In this document: in pieces, positions 9,910-19,926 of the stretch
How positions within the stretch are numbered: position 1 is the stretch's first letter
Layout of the letters: each line of letters begins with the position of its first letter
DNA from: an uncultured delta proteobacterium
GTDB lineage: Bacteria; Desulfobacterota; Binatia; Binatales; Binataceae
DNA length: 64,000 bases
NCBI GenBank assembly: GCA_963794325.1
Contig: CAWCDG010000002.1
Span: 448,001-512,000 of the forward strand
Reading direction: 5' to 3'
Notes under the pieces: model-generated
Databases searched by the model: none
Told to the model about the DNA's origin: nothing
What the model saw: only the letters and a program-made list of their open reading frames with translations
Translations under genes and position numbers: made by a program

Positions 9910-10401
9910 GTGGCGATACGCAAGCATCGCGCCGGCGAGCTGGTAATCGAGCAGACCCGCGATTTCACGATCGTGCGGGCGATGCTGGCGCGCGGCGGCT
10001 TGACGACCGAAGGAATCGAATGGCCCGCCGCGTGCTATCTCGTCGCCTATTTCGGCGATGACCCAGTCGGCGTGATCGGAATCGAGCCGAAGATCGACGC
10101 GGCACTGATACGCTCGCTGTACGTGGATGAATCGATGCGCCGACGCGGCATCGGCGCGTCGCTAATTGCGGCGGCGCGCAAGGCGGCGCATACGCGTGGC
10201 GCGCGTCATCTGTATTGTTTCAGCGCCGAGGCTGCGTCGCTGTTTGATCGTCACGGTTTCAGAGTGGTTCCCGTCGGAGATGTCCTCGGAGCTTTGCCTG
10301 GAGTTCCTGAAGTCGAGTTCTTTCTCGCTCGGCCGGACGAGCTTGCGCGTGAGGTCGCGTACCATCTGGATATTTCGAGGGATGGTGTGATCGAGCGTTA
10401 G
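9910..10401 (+). CDS. GNAT family N-acetyltransferase
   Basis: IRSLYVDESMRRRGIGASL acetyl-CoA-binding motif A. Confidence 0.88.
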   Translation: MAIRKHRAGELVIEQTRDFTIVRAMLARGGLTTEGIEWPAACYLVAYFGDDPVGVIGIEPKIDAALIRSLYVDESMRRRGIGASLIAAARKAAHTRGARHLYCFSAEAASLFDRHGFRVVPVGDVLGALPGVPEVEFFLARPDELAREVAYHLDISRDGVIER

Positions 10402-10402
10402 G

Positions 10403-11119
10403 CTACTTCGCTGGAACATAGCGGCCGAGATACCTGCCCTTCTCACTTGTCACGATCAGGTACGGATTCCACTTCAGCAACCGCGTGGCAAGGCGCGGCG
10501 TCATGTCGGGGCGGATTGTCTGTGGATTCGAGTTCATCGCATCGAGCGCGCGCGGCGACGGTCCAGCTTGGTCGATCGTCCCGAGCAGCACTCCGTCTGA
10601 ATTGAGCACCACGGCGCGCGGCGCCGAGTAATGGGCCGCGGCCGGATCGACGGAATCGTCGGGGCCAAGGCGCGCGAGATCATCGCTCATGAATTCGGCG
10701 ATCCGCACGCGGTCCGAGTAATGAATCCAGAACGATCGCAGGCCAGGCGCAAGGTTGTTCACGAAATATCGAAGCGCGCGCAGCCGCTCTGAGAGCGGAG
10801 CTGGCGGATCCATCGGCAATCCACGAATCATCCAATCGACTTTGCCGCGGAAGTAGTGGCGGACCTCGGTGAAGCTGATCAATTCGAGCTGCGCCGCAGC
10901 TCTCGCGCTCAGATCTCACAAGGAGTCGCGGCAATAGGCGACCACCGGGCAGTTGCTGTCGAGCAAATTCGGGGCATCGAGCAGGATGCGGCCGACAGGA
11001 AGATGAATCGCGCCGCGAATGTGCGTTCTCCGGTATTCGTGCGAGGGCAGAACGTCGACGATCTGCACTGCGCGAGCGGCGAGCATCGCGGAGAGTTCAC
11101 GATGCCGGATTTCACGCAC
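10403..11119 (-). CDS. rhodanese + CBS-pair protein with in-frame TGA (putative selenoprotein, 238 aa)
   Basis: Track ORFs 10916..11119 and 10403..10882 share a frame, separated only by TGA 10916-10918: IVDVLP..EY...HIRGAIHLP...VVAYCRDSL*DLSARAAAQLELISFTEVRHYFRGKVDW, then CBS-like repeats. Confidence 0.78.
10877..10918 (-). promoter_or_regulatory. putative bacterial SECIS element
   Basis: mRNA UGA-GAUCUGAGCGCGA-GAGCUGC-GGC-GCAGCUC-GAAUUGAUC: 7-bp stem (10886-10902), loop starting with G 20 nt after UGA, possible lower GAUC/GAUC pairing. Confidence 0.6.
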
Positions 11120-11121
11120 GT

Positions 11122-12483
11122 CTAGCGCCGCATTGCGGCCAGCGCATCGAGCGCGGTTTGCACGATGGTCTCGCCGCTGCCGGCGGCGATGCGCGCCGTC
11201 TCGACTTCGTAACCGCGCTCGGGGTACGCGGCTCGGGTAGGAATGTAGCCGATGAGATCGTTGCAGTATCCGGCGACGAAAGTTTGCGCGAAGTGCGGGT
11301 TAGCTTTTATCGCGAGGCCGAGCTCGACGAAGAGTTCGCCCGGGATGCCGACTATTGCGATGTCGCCGACTGTGACGACGGTGATCGCGGTTGCGAGTTC
11401 GTGCCGCTCGATGTTGACGCGGCGGTCGCGGTGATTTTGCTCCTCGATGGCTTCCAGAGCGGCCAGCGAGGTCAGCGATTGCGCGTGATGGTCGCGCAGG
11501 CGCTTCAGTTGATAGCCGTCGCCGCCGCGATGGTTGTCGAGCGAGGATTGGGTCTGCGCGGCGCAAGCGCGTGCGGTCGCGAGATCGGCGTCGTTGTCCT
11601 TGAGCGCGAGCTTCAGCGGGATCCGGCGCGCCGCGATGCGCGCGTCGGCGATCGAGTGCGCATGCTCAAGCGCGTCGAAGCTGCCTCGACCCATCGCGCG
11701 GCCGTTGTTTTCCGCGACTTCGAAATTGCCGCGGCTGCGCGGATCGACGTTGCCGGTCGCACCCTGGATGAAAATCGAAACTGGTCGCGGGCCGCCGGCG
11801 GAAGCCGCGGATGCGATTTCGTCCATCGCGAAGCCAGGCCAGTCGCGCGAGTAGAGCAGATTGTCCTCGCACAGCACGACGCCGTGGCACGGATAGTTCA
11901 TCAGGGTCGCGATTGCACTGCCGTCCGCGCGGTATGCGCCGAGTACCGACGCTTGCGAATCGGCCGGACCGGAGTGGTTGGCGGCTATCTGAATCTGATG
12001 GCTCGGGCGCAGCAGCCGGCGATGAGTGCCGAGCGTGAACGGTGCAGCCGCCGCGCGGATCGTTGCGCGTTCGAGATTGGCGTTCGCCTCGATGATTGCG
12101 TCAGCAATCATGCCCGGCAGCGCGCGTTCCCATTCCAGGTCGCGGCCCTCGGAGGGCTTCGCGTCCGGGCGAGGGGTCGCGAAAATATTGAAGGCGGGCG
12201 CGGAGTGAGTATGAGTGGCGCAGACCAGGATCGAATCGGCCGGGATGTCGGTTTTTGCGGCCACGCGATTGCGGATGTCGTCGGCGATGCGGATCCCGAT
12301 CGCGAGCACATCGACGCCCGCGATTGCGATCTTGTTCTTGCCGTCGCTCAGCACGATCGCCTGCGCGGCGAGGTCGTCGTGTACGCCTGCGTTCAGGCCC
12401 ACTCGATTGCCATAACCGAGCATCGCGAGTCCGACCGGCGGTTCGAGTTTCACGCGCGCGGCGCCGGCATAGAGCGCACTCAT
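11122..12483 (-). CDS. neutral/alkaline ceramidase N-terminal domain family hydrolase
   Basis: GVHDDL, CATHTHSAP, NYPCHG, GIPGELF, GYIPT motifs; ATG 12483 overlaps the upstream stop. Confidence 0.85.
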   Translation of the reverse strand: MSALYAGAARVKLEPPVGLAMLGYGNRVGLNAGVHDDLAAQAIVLSDGKNKIAIAGVDVLAIGIRIADDIRNRVAAKTDIPADSILVCATHTHSAPAFNIFATPRPDAKPSEGRDLEWERALPGMIADAIIEANANLERATIRAAAAPFTLGTHRRLLRPSHQIQIAANHSGPADSQASVLGAYRADGSAIATLMNYPCHGVVLCEDNLLYSRDWPGFAMDEIASAASAGGPRPVSIFIQGATGNVDPRSRGNFEVAENNGRAMGRGSFDALEHAHSIADARIAARRIPLKLALKDNDADLATARACAAQTQSSLDNHRGGDGYQLKRLRDHHAQSLTSLAALEAIEEQNHRDRRVNIERHELATAITVVTVGDIAIVGIPGELFVELGLAIKANPHFAQTFVAGYCNDLIGYIPTRAAYPERGYEVETARIAAGSGETIVQTALDALAAMRR

Positions 12484-13730
12484 TTCAGTTTGGCCGAGGC
12501 GATCTCGGCTGCTCCGGAAGCCACTTTGGCGGCCGCGCCGACAATGTCGTCGAAATCGCGGTCGCCGCCGAGCAGGCATTCATGCGGTATCGATACGAGC
12601 GCACGCTCGAACAACCGCTCGGCAACGGGGCAATCGATCGAGATGTTATCGGGATTTGCGCCGGCGAGTTCACACGCTTTGCGATACGCGGCGGACTCGC
12701 GCGGGAACAGTGACGATCGATAGACCGGATCGTTGGACACGCCGCATGGGATGCCTTCAGCACGCAACGCCCGCACGAAGCGATTGCGCGAGAGGCCGAG
12801 CGTGGTCTCATCGACCATGAAAACGAAAGCGTAGATCGTCTCGCGAGTGACGCGTGGATCGCGAGCGACGGGACTCAGTCCCTTGATTGCTGCGAGGCCC
12901 TTACGCAGCCGGGCGGCGGCGCGGCTCTTGTGCTCGATCTGATCCGGCAGGCGCGCAAGCTGCGCGAGCAGGATGCCGCACTGCCATTCCGTCATCCGGT
13001 AATTCGCGCCCATCAGCGGGCCCTCGAAATCGTCGTCGGGGCGGCGGCGTCCGCAATTGATGAGTGACTGGCATCGCTGCTCGAGTTCGGAGTCGTTGGT
13101 GGTGATCATTCCGCCTTCGCCCGCCGTCATCGGCTTCGAGGATTGAAAACTGAAGCATCCGAGAGCGCCGTGAGTTCCGACGCCTCGATCGCGGAACTGA
13201 GCGCCCGGGACATGCGCGCAATCCTCGACGATCGGAATCGAATGCGCGCGCGAAATTTCTGCGAGTGCGTCGAGATCCGCGAGTGACGCGCCGTAGTGGA
13301 CGGGGATGATCGCTTTAGTGCGCCGCGTGATCAGGCGCTTGACGGATTCGGGATCGATGCATGCGTTGACGGCGCTTACGTCGGCGAACACCGGACGCGC
13401 CATACATGCGATCGCTGCGTAAGGGGTCGCGGCGAAAGTGATTGCGGGGACGATGACCTCGTCGCCGGCTCCGATGCCGAGTGCTTTGAGCGCGACCTCG
13501 AGTGCACTGGTGCCGGACGTGGTCGGGATCGCGAAGCGCGCGTTCTGATATGCGGCGAATGCGGCGGCGAACTCACTGGCCTTGCGATTCGGGCTGGGAT
13601 ACCCACCCCAGCTTTGCGACGTGAGTACATCTTCGAGCTGCGCGCGTTCGCGAGCGTCGAAGACCGGCCACGCCGGGAAGGGGAGGGTGCGAAGCGGCTG
13701 TCCGCCAAGGATTGCGAGCGTCGAGGGCAT
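12480..13730 (-). CDS. DegT/DnrJ/EryC1/StrS PLP aminotransferase (AHBA-synthase-like)
   Basis: SGTSAL, EDCAH, FSFQSSKPMTAGEGG (PLP lysine), GANYRM. Confidence 0.92.
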   Translation of the reverse strand: MPSTLAILGGQPLRTLPFPAWPVFDARERAQLEDVLTSQSWGGYPSPNRKASEFAAAFAAYQNARFAIPTTSGTSALEVALKALGIGAGDEVIVPAITFAATPYAAIACMARPVFADVSAVNACIDPESVKRLITRRTKAIIPVHYGASLADLDALAEISRAHSIPIVEDCAHVPGAQFRDRGVGTHGALGCFSFQSSKPMTAGEGGMITTNDSELEQRCQSLINCGRRRPDDDFEGPLMGANYRMTEWQCGILLAQLARLPDQIEHKSRAAARLRKGLAAIKGLSPVARDPRVTRETIYAFVFMVDETTLGLSRNRFVRALRAEGIPCGVSNDPVYRSSLFPRESAAYRKACELAGANPDNISIDCPVAERLFERALVSIPHECLLGGDRDFDDIVGAAAKVASGAAEIASAKLK

Positions 13731-13750
13731 CAGCAATTAAAGTTAAACGA

Positions 13751-13769
13751 TTACTTTAATATTAAGTAA
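13751..13769. promoter_or_regulatory. AT-rich inverted repeat TTACTT-N7-AAGTAA, putative operator of the DegT operon
   Basis: Dyad about 20 bp upstream of the start codon, in an unusually AT-rich patch. Confidence 0.4.
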
Positions 13770-13795
13770 AATCACTCTGGTTCCCCTCCCACTCT

Positions 13796-13834
13796 GGTTC
13801 CCCTTCCCACTATGGGAAGGGGTTAGGGGTTAGG
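13796..13834 (+). repeat. REP-like element, family A (preceded by a partial tandem duplicate at 13773-13790)
   Basis: GGTTCCCCTTCCCACTATGGGAAGGGGTTAGGGGTTAGG. Confidence 0.88.
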
Positions 13835-13842
13835 TTGTCCGC

Positions 13843-14142
13843 CTACTTGCGCGCCACTTCTGCGAGGATCGAAATTTCCGGCCGGCCTGCAAGCAGCGCG
13901 CCGATCTTGCCGCCGAACTTTTTCATATGATCGGTCTTGCCGTGCGCGTCGAGTGCGGCCTGATCCTGGTAAACCTCGTAGTAGATGAACTCCGTGGGAT
14001 CCTTGGTGTTCTTGTGGAGCACGTAGGACAGCGTGCCGGGCTCGGCGGTTTTCACCGTCGCGATCATTTCCTTGCCCGCGGCCTCGAACTCGGCATCCTT
14101 GCCGGGCTGCACTTTCAGTTTCGCAATTACGGTAATCGGCAT
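13843..14142 (-). CDS. putative quinol monooxygenase (ABM domain)
   Basis: MPITVIAKLKVQPGK...EPGTLSY...YEVY.DQAALDAH. Confidence 0.9.
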   Translation of the reverse strand: MPITVIAKLKVQPGKDAEFEAAGKEMIATVKTAEPGTLSYVLHKNTKDPTEFIYYEVYQDQAALDAHGKTDHMKKFGGKIGALLAGRPEISILAEVARK

Positions 14143-14301
14143 CGTCGGTCTCCTTCGAATTTCAGACTCATCTACCCTCGTATCGACATGCGCGCGGTTT
14201 TTCAAGGCGAATCGATCCGCGCCCGGCGGTCTTTCATTGTGCCGCGTGGTCGGTTAACGGTGAAAAGCCAAAAGCGAGATCGATCAGGGGAGAATATCAC
14301 G

Positions 14302-15444
14302 ATGCTTGGTTTTGATTTGACTGACGAGCAGATCGAACTGAAACAACTGGCGCATAAGTTCGCCGAGCAGGAAATAATTCCACGCGCGCGCGAATACGAC
14401 GAGAAAGAAATCTTTCCGGTCGACGTGTGCGAGAAGGCGTTCGCCGCAGGCCTGATGAACTTCGGAGTCCCGAAAGAGATGGGCGGCCCGGGACTCGGCG
14501 TGCTCGACACCAGCCTGATCGTCGAGGAGCTGAACTACGGATGCGCCGGAATCTCGAACGCGATCGGAGCCAATGACCTCGCGACGCTGCCGATTCTGAT
14601 CGCGGGCAACGACGATCAGAAGCGGACCTACCTCGGCCAGTTAATCAAGAAGCTGACCTTCTGCGCGTTCGCGATCACGGAGCCGGGTGCGGGCTCGGAC
14701 GTCGCCGCAATGAGCACGACCTACCGGCGCGAGGGCGACGAGTACATCCTCAACGGCACCAAGCATTTCATCTCGAACGGCTCGCGCGCGGATTGGTACG
14801 TCACGTTTGCGACCTCGGACAAGCGCCTTAAGCACAAGGGAATATCGTGCTTCGTGTTTCCGTCGAACGTGCCGGGAATCACGCGCAACCGGATGCATGG
14901 AAAGCTCGGGCAGCGCGCGGCTGACACCGGAGAAATCTTTTACGAGGACGTGCGGATTCCCGCCAGCGCGCTGGTCGGTCGCGAGGGCGAGGGCTTCAAG
15001 TACGCGATGGCGACCTTCGATCACAGCCGCCCCGAGATTGGCGCGATCGCGATTGGGATTGCGCAGCGTGCACTCGACGAATGCCTCAAGTACTCGAAGC
15101 AACGGACCGCGTTCGGGCAGCCGATCGCGAACTTCCAGGCGATCCAGTTCATGATGGCCGACATGGCGATCCAGATCGAAGCGATGCGGCTGCTCACCTA
15201 CAAAGCCGCATGGCTGGTCGATAAGGGCGAGGGCGCGAATACGATTTCCGCTTACGCGAAGGCCTTCAGCGCCGACGCAACGATGGAGATCACGACCAAC
15301 GCGGTGCAGATTTTCGGCGGTTATGGATACATGAAGGAGTATCCCGTCGAGAAGCTGATGCGCGACGCGAAGCTGTTACAGATCTATGAGGGCACGTCGC
15401 AAATCCAACGCGTCGTAATCGCGCGGAATCTGTTGAAGGAGTGA
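14302..15444 (+). CDS. acyl-CoA dehydrogenase
   Basis: AFAITEPGAGSD, LNGTKHFISNG, AVQIFGGYGY, QIYEGTSQIQ. Confidence 0.96.
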   Translation: MLGFDLTDEQIELKQLAHKFAEQEIIPRAREYDEKEIFPVDVCEKAFAAGLMNFGVPKEMGGPGLGVLDTSLIVEELNYGCAGISNAIGANDLATLPILIAGNDDQKRTYLGQLIKKLTFCAFAITEPGAGSDVAAMSTTYRREGDEYILNGTKHFISNGSRADWYVTFATSDKRLKHKGISCFVFPSNVPGITRNRMHGKLGQRAADTGEIFYEDVRIPASALVGREGEGFKYAMATFDHSRPEIGAIAIGIAQRALDECLKYSKQRTAFGQPIANFQAIQFMMADMAIQIEAMRLLTYKAAWLVDKGEGANTISAYAKAFSADATMEITTNAVQIFGGYGYMKEYPVEKLMRDAKLLQIYEGTSQIQRVVIARNLLKE

Positions 15445-15462
15445 ACTGAAGAACTTTGTTGA

Positions 15463-15525
15463 ATGTGAAACCCTTCGCGGGTTTCACGCTTCCGCGGCAG
15501 GGGTGACCCCTGCACCCAGTATTAA
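15463..15525 (+). repeat. 63-bp double-hairpin element, family B
   Basis: 62/63 identical to the reverse complement of 23810-23872. Confidence 0.9.
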
Positions 15526-15564
15526 AAAACATGCGCGCGACGACTACGCGCGTTCCCACAATCC

Positions 15565-15602
15565 GGTTCCCCTTCCCGCGCGGGAAGGGGTTAGGGGTTA
15601 GG
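15565..15602 (+). repeat. REP-like element, family A
   Basis: GGTTCCCCTTCCCGCGCGGGAAGGGGTTAGGGGTTAGG. Confidence 0.88.
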
Positions 15603-15636
15603 TTCTTCGCGCGTGCGCGCGGTTCAAGATTCCGCG

Positions 15637-15930
15637 TTATTCCGCAGGTGGCGCGCCGCCCTGCTCGACGGGATGCGGAATCGGGGGGTCCTGGTCCGCG
15701 GGTTCTTTACCTGTGACGGATCCGACGTAGCCGCCCTGGTGATAGACGTCCACCTGGCCGGTGGTCGGGTCGGGCAGCAAATTCCATTCGTCAGGCGGCG
15801 GCGGATTTGGATCGGGCGGCATATAGACAATCGACTGTGGGGCAGGCGCCGGCGGCGGTTTCGCGGCGCATCCCGCGATCGCGATGGATAAAATTACAGG
15901 GAACGCGGCTCGCGAAATTCTTGCATTCAT
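15637..15930 (-). CDS. small proline-rich lipoprotein, hypothetical
   Basis: Lipobox IAGC followed by a Pro-rich segment. Confidence 0.65.
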   Translation of the reverse strand: MNARISRAAFPVILSIAIAGCAAKPPPAPAPQSIVYMPPDPNPPPPDEWNLLPDPTTGQVDVYHQGGYVGSVTGKEPADQDPPIPHPVEQGGAPPAE

Positions 15931-16024
15931 GATGGCTGCTGAATCGCGCAAAAGAAAGGATTGCGATTATTGTGTCGCCAGATTGAACCGATCGCAAGTG
16001 CGATTTAAGCAGCCGCGGCGAGGG

Positions 16025-16966
16025 TTATTTCTGCGGGAGGCCGAGCACTTCGCGGAAGTGTTGAATGGTTTTTTCGAGGCCGGGCCGCAGCGCGGTGTGC
16101 GGCTCCCATCCTAGGACTTTTTTTGCGAGCTCGATATTTGGTTTGCGACGGACCGGATCGTCGGCGCGCGGATTCTTGAGCACTACCTTCGACGAGCTGC
16201 CCGAAAGCTGGATCGCCAGCTTGGCGAGCTCCTCCATCGTGAATTCATCCGGATTGCCGATGTTTACCGGACCGACGTGCGTGTCCTGATTCATCATGCG
16301 TACCAGCGCGTCGATAATGTCATCGACGTACGCAAACGATCGCGTTGATTTGCCGTTGCCGTAAATTTCCAGATTTTCGCCGCGCAATGCAGCAACGCAG
16401 AAGTTCGAAACCACGCGGCCATCGTTGATCGCCATCCGCGGGCCGTACGTGTTGAAGATGCGGACGATCCGGGTGTCGACGTTGTTCTGCCGGTGATAGT
16501 CCATCATCAGGCATTCGGCCACGCGCTTGCCCTCGTCGTAGCATGAGCGCACGCCGATCGGATTGACGTTGCCCCAGTACGACTCGGTCTGCGGATGCTC
16601 CTCGGGATCGCCGTAAACTTCGCTGGTCGAAGTGAGCAGGATGCGCGCGTGCACCCGCTTGGCCAGCCCGAGCATGTTAATCGTGCCCATCACGGAAGTC
16701 TTGATGGTCTTCACCGGGTTGTACTGGTAATGCACGGGCGATGCGGGACACGCGAGGCTGAAGATGCGATCGACTTCGAGCAGGATTGGCTCGACTACGT
16801 CGTGGCGGATGAATTCGAAGTTCCGGTTGCCGAGCAAGTGCATGATGTTGGCGCGCTTGCCGCTGAAAAAATTGTCGAGGCAGATGACTTCCTGGCCGTC
16901 GTTCAGTAAGCGCTCACATAGATGAGAGCCGAGGAATCCTGCGCCGCCGGTTACCAGTGTTCGCAC
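16025..16966 (-). CDS. UDP-glucuronate decarboxylase (UXS-like SDR)
   Basis: GTG start, [48 protein letters not shown]. Confidence 0.95.
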   Translation of the reverse strand: MRTLVTGGAGFLGSHLCERLLNDGQEVICLDNFFSGKRANIMHLLGNRNFEFIRHDVVEPILLEVDRIFSLACPASPVHYQYNPVKTIKTSVMGTINMLGLAKRVHARILLTSTSEVYGDPEEHPQTESYWGNVNPIGVRSCYDEGKRVAECLMMDYHRQNNVDTRIVRIFNTYGPRMAINDGRVVSNFCVAALRGENLEIYGNGKSTRSFAYVDDIIDALVRMMNQDTHVGPVNIGNPDEFTMEELAKLAIQLSGSSSKVVLKNPRADDPVRRKPNIELAKKVLGWEPHTALRPGLEKTIQHFREVLGLPQK

Positions 16967-16980
16967 GGGGGCCTCCCTGC

Positions 16981-18163
16981 TCAGCGGCGGTTTTCGCGCG
17001 CGATGGCGCGAACGGTTTCGATAACGTAGGCGACGTCCTCGTCGGTCATCGCGGCGTAGATTGGAAGCGACAAGCATCGGCTGAAAATGTCTTCGGCCAC
17101 CGGAAAATCGCCGTCGCGATAACCGTACATGCGCTGATAGTAGTGCATCGTATGCAGTGGGATGCAGTGCACCGAGCATCCGACGCCGCGCTCGCGCAGA
17201 ATCTCGACGAACTGATTGCGCCCGATCTTCAGGCGCTCGGGACGGATGCGCAGCACATAGAGATGCCAGGCGTGCTCGATGCCGGGCTCGGAATACGCGG
17301 CCTGCAGCGCGTCGTCGCCGCGGAAGGCCTCGTTGTAGGCGCGCGCGATTTCGCCGCGTCGCCGCATGAAGTCGTCGGCGCGCTTGAGCTGAGCCAATCC
17401 GATCGCGGCGTGCACGTCGGACAGGTTGTACTTGAAGCCCATGTCGTGGATTTCGTAATACCACGAGCCGCTCTTGTCGTAGCGCTTCCACGCGTCCTTG
17501 TTCATCCCGTGCAAACTGGCGACCGCGATTTTTTCCGCGAGCGCATCGTCGGACGTGGTGATCATGCCGCCCTCGGCGGTGGTGAAATTCTTGGTGGCGT
17601 AGAAAGCTGAAGCATGTGAGGTCGCCGATCGTGCCGATTTTCGCCATCCCGCGGCCGTCCATATGGCGCGCGGATCCGGCCGCGTGCGCGGCGTCCTCGA
17701 CGACTTTCAAATCGTAGCTGTGCGCGATGTTGAGGATCCGATCCATGTCGCAGGCGTGCCCGGCGAAGTGCACCGGCAGGATCGCGCGGACTCGTTTGTG
17801 CGCGCCGCTCTCGAGCGCCTCCTCGATGCGCGCGGGATTGATGTTGAAGGTTCCGGGATCGACGTCGACGAACACCGGCCGCGCGCCCAGGTAGCCGAGA
17901 ATCTCGGCGGTCGCGGTGAAGGTGAACGGCGTCGTGATAACCTCGTCACCGGGCCCGATGCCCAGCGCCCACAACGAGAGATGAAGCGCGCCGGTGCAAT
18001 GCGACAGCGCGAGCGCGTGCTTCGCGCCGACGTACTCCGCGAATTCGCTCTCGAAGCGCTTGGCCTTGGGGCCGGTGGTGATCCATCCGGAGCGCAGCGT
18101 GTCGAGAACCTCGCGCTCCTCGTCGGGTCCGATCGACGGACGATGAAATGCTATTTGTCGCAT
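16981..18163 (-). CDS. DegT/ArnB-like sugar aminotransferase, frameshifted at about 17604
   Basis: [11 protein letters not shown] and EDAAH; removing one base of AAA 17603-17605 restores [17 protein letters not shown] and joins ORF 16981..17565. Confidence 0.88.
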
Positions 18164-18263
18164 CGTGTGTGATTCAGTGAAAAGTTGAATTCGGCGCAGT
18201 CCCGTTCGCGGGTCAGTTTCGGAGTATAAAGGATACGTCAAAACGGGAGCAAGGCAGGACTCG

Positions 18264-19926
18264 ATGAGGCGCGCAGGATGGGCCGCGGCAGCAGCGGTGA
18301 TTGGATGGTATGGGTTCGCGCTTTGGATTTTGCATCCGCTCACCGACGCGCCGGTGGTCGACAGCTGGCTGTACGGCTCTGCCGTGCGGCGGTTTCTGCG
18401 CACCGGCGAGATGAGGTTCGCCGGCTTCACGCAGGCCATGCCGATAGCGCAGGTTTTCTACGGCGTCGGATGGGCGCACGCATTCGGCGGCAACTCAGTG
18501 TCGCTGGAAATGTCCACCGTGATCCTCGCGGTGCTGTGCGGCTTGATGTTCCATGCGCTCGCGATCAAGTGCGGCGCGCCGCGATGGCAGGCGCTCGCCG
18601 CGACCGGCCTGCTGATCTGCAATCCTTGTTTCACCTTCCTGAGTTTTTCGTTCATGACCGAGATTCCGTTCCTGACCGCAATGATCGCGGCTCATCTGGC
18701 CTTCGCCAAGGCTGAAGGGCGGCACGAGCAGTTGTGGATGTGGTTGGCGGGCGACAATTGCAGTGATCGCATTTATGATCAGGCCGTTCGGCGCAATGGC
18801 GATCGCAGGATGCGTCGGCGCCATGATTATTTACGACGGGCGCGCGCCGCGAACGAATCGTTGGGATCGCGCGCGCTGGATCAAGATGATCGCGCCGTTC
18901 GCCGTCGCGCTGGCGATCTGCACCGCGCTGTGGCTTTGGCTGACCGTATTTGGCCCGAAGCCATGGGACTTGCAGATGAACGAAAATCATTTCCATTTTC
19001 TTTTTCTGGTGCCGTTGGCGCTCTACCTGCGCGCGGGCGTGCTCGGTCCACTGCTTTACCTGGGCACGGTATTATCGCCGCTTGCGCTGATGCAGCTCGC
19101 GACGCCGCGATGGCGTCGCGTCTTAATCGGTGGCGCCGCGATTCTTGCCTCCACGCTGATCCTCACATCGATGGACCATTCATTGCCGGTCACGCCCGAA
19201 TACAGTTGCTTCGGCGGATGGCACAACGTGCTGATCCTGCGCGGACAGGACAATCGCTTTTCATGGGACGACGGCTGGCAGTATGTCTTCCTGGTGCTCG
19301 CGAGCGTAGGCGCGGCGGGTTTGATCGTCGCGTTCTTGGCAATCTTCAAAACGCTCGGACGCGCGGCAGCGGCGATCGTGATAGCTGCGCTGATTTACTG
19401 GGCGGCGACCATCCCGCTCTGGTTCTACAACGATCGCTACTACCTGGTGATAGTCCCGGCGGCTGCGATCGTGCTGGCACTCGCGCCCTTGCCGCGAAGA
19501 AGAACGGTCCAGGCTGCGGCATTCGCGATGACGCTCGCGATGGGCCTGCTCTCACTCGGCGGGACCTTTGCATATCAGCGCGGGATGCAGGTGATTCTCG
19601 CTACGCGCAACGAATTGGAGCGCGAGGGTGTTCCGCGCTCAGCGATCGACGCCGGCTACGTGCTCAACGGCGAGGATCTCTATCGGTATCCAAAGCATGG
19701 AATTGAAACGATGGAACTTGAAGGCGGAATCCCGATGATCACGTCGCCGAAGATGAACGAATACACTATCGCGAGCGGACCGATCCCCGGCACCGAAATA
19801 GTGCGCCGCCTCAAGTGGCCCGGCCCGTTCGGACTCGGCCATCGATACTTCTACCTGGTCGAGAAGCACGTCGCGGATGATGAAATCCCGCCGAAAACCG
19901 CGCCGACCGACCAGAAGCGAAACTAG
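18264..19926 (+). CDS. polytopic membrane protein, GT-C/ArnT-like glycosyltransferase, frameshifted at about 18750
   Basis: TM-rich with DSWLY, FMTEIPF and NDRYYL motifs; removing one G at 18749-18751 joins the two TM-rich ORFs. Confidence 0.7.

Noticed and set aside
16025-18439. 804-aa apparent DegT-UXS fusion
   Set aside because: Created by the +1 frameshift at about 17604; the middle is off-frame sequence and UXS has its own RBS and GTG.
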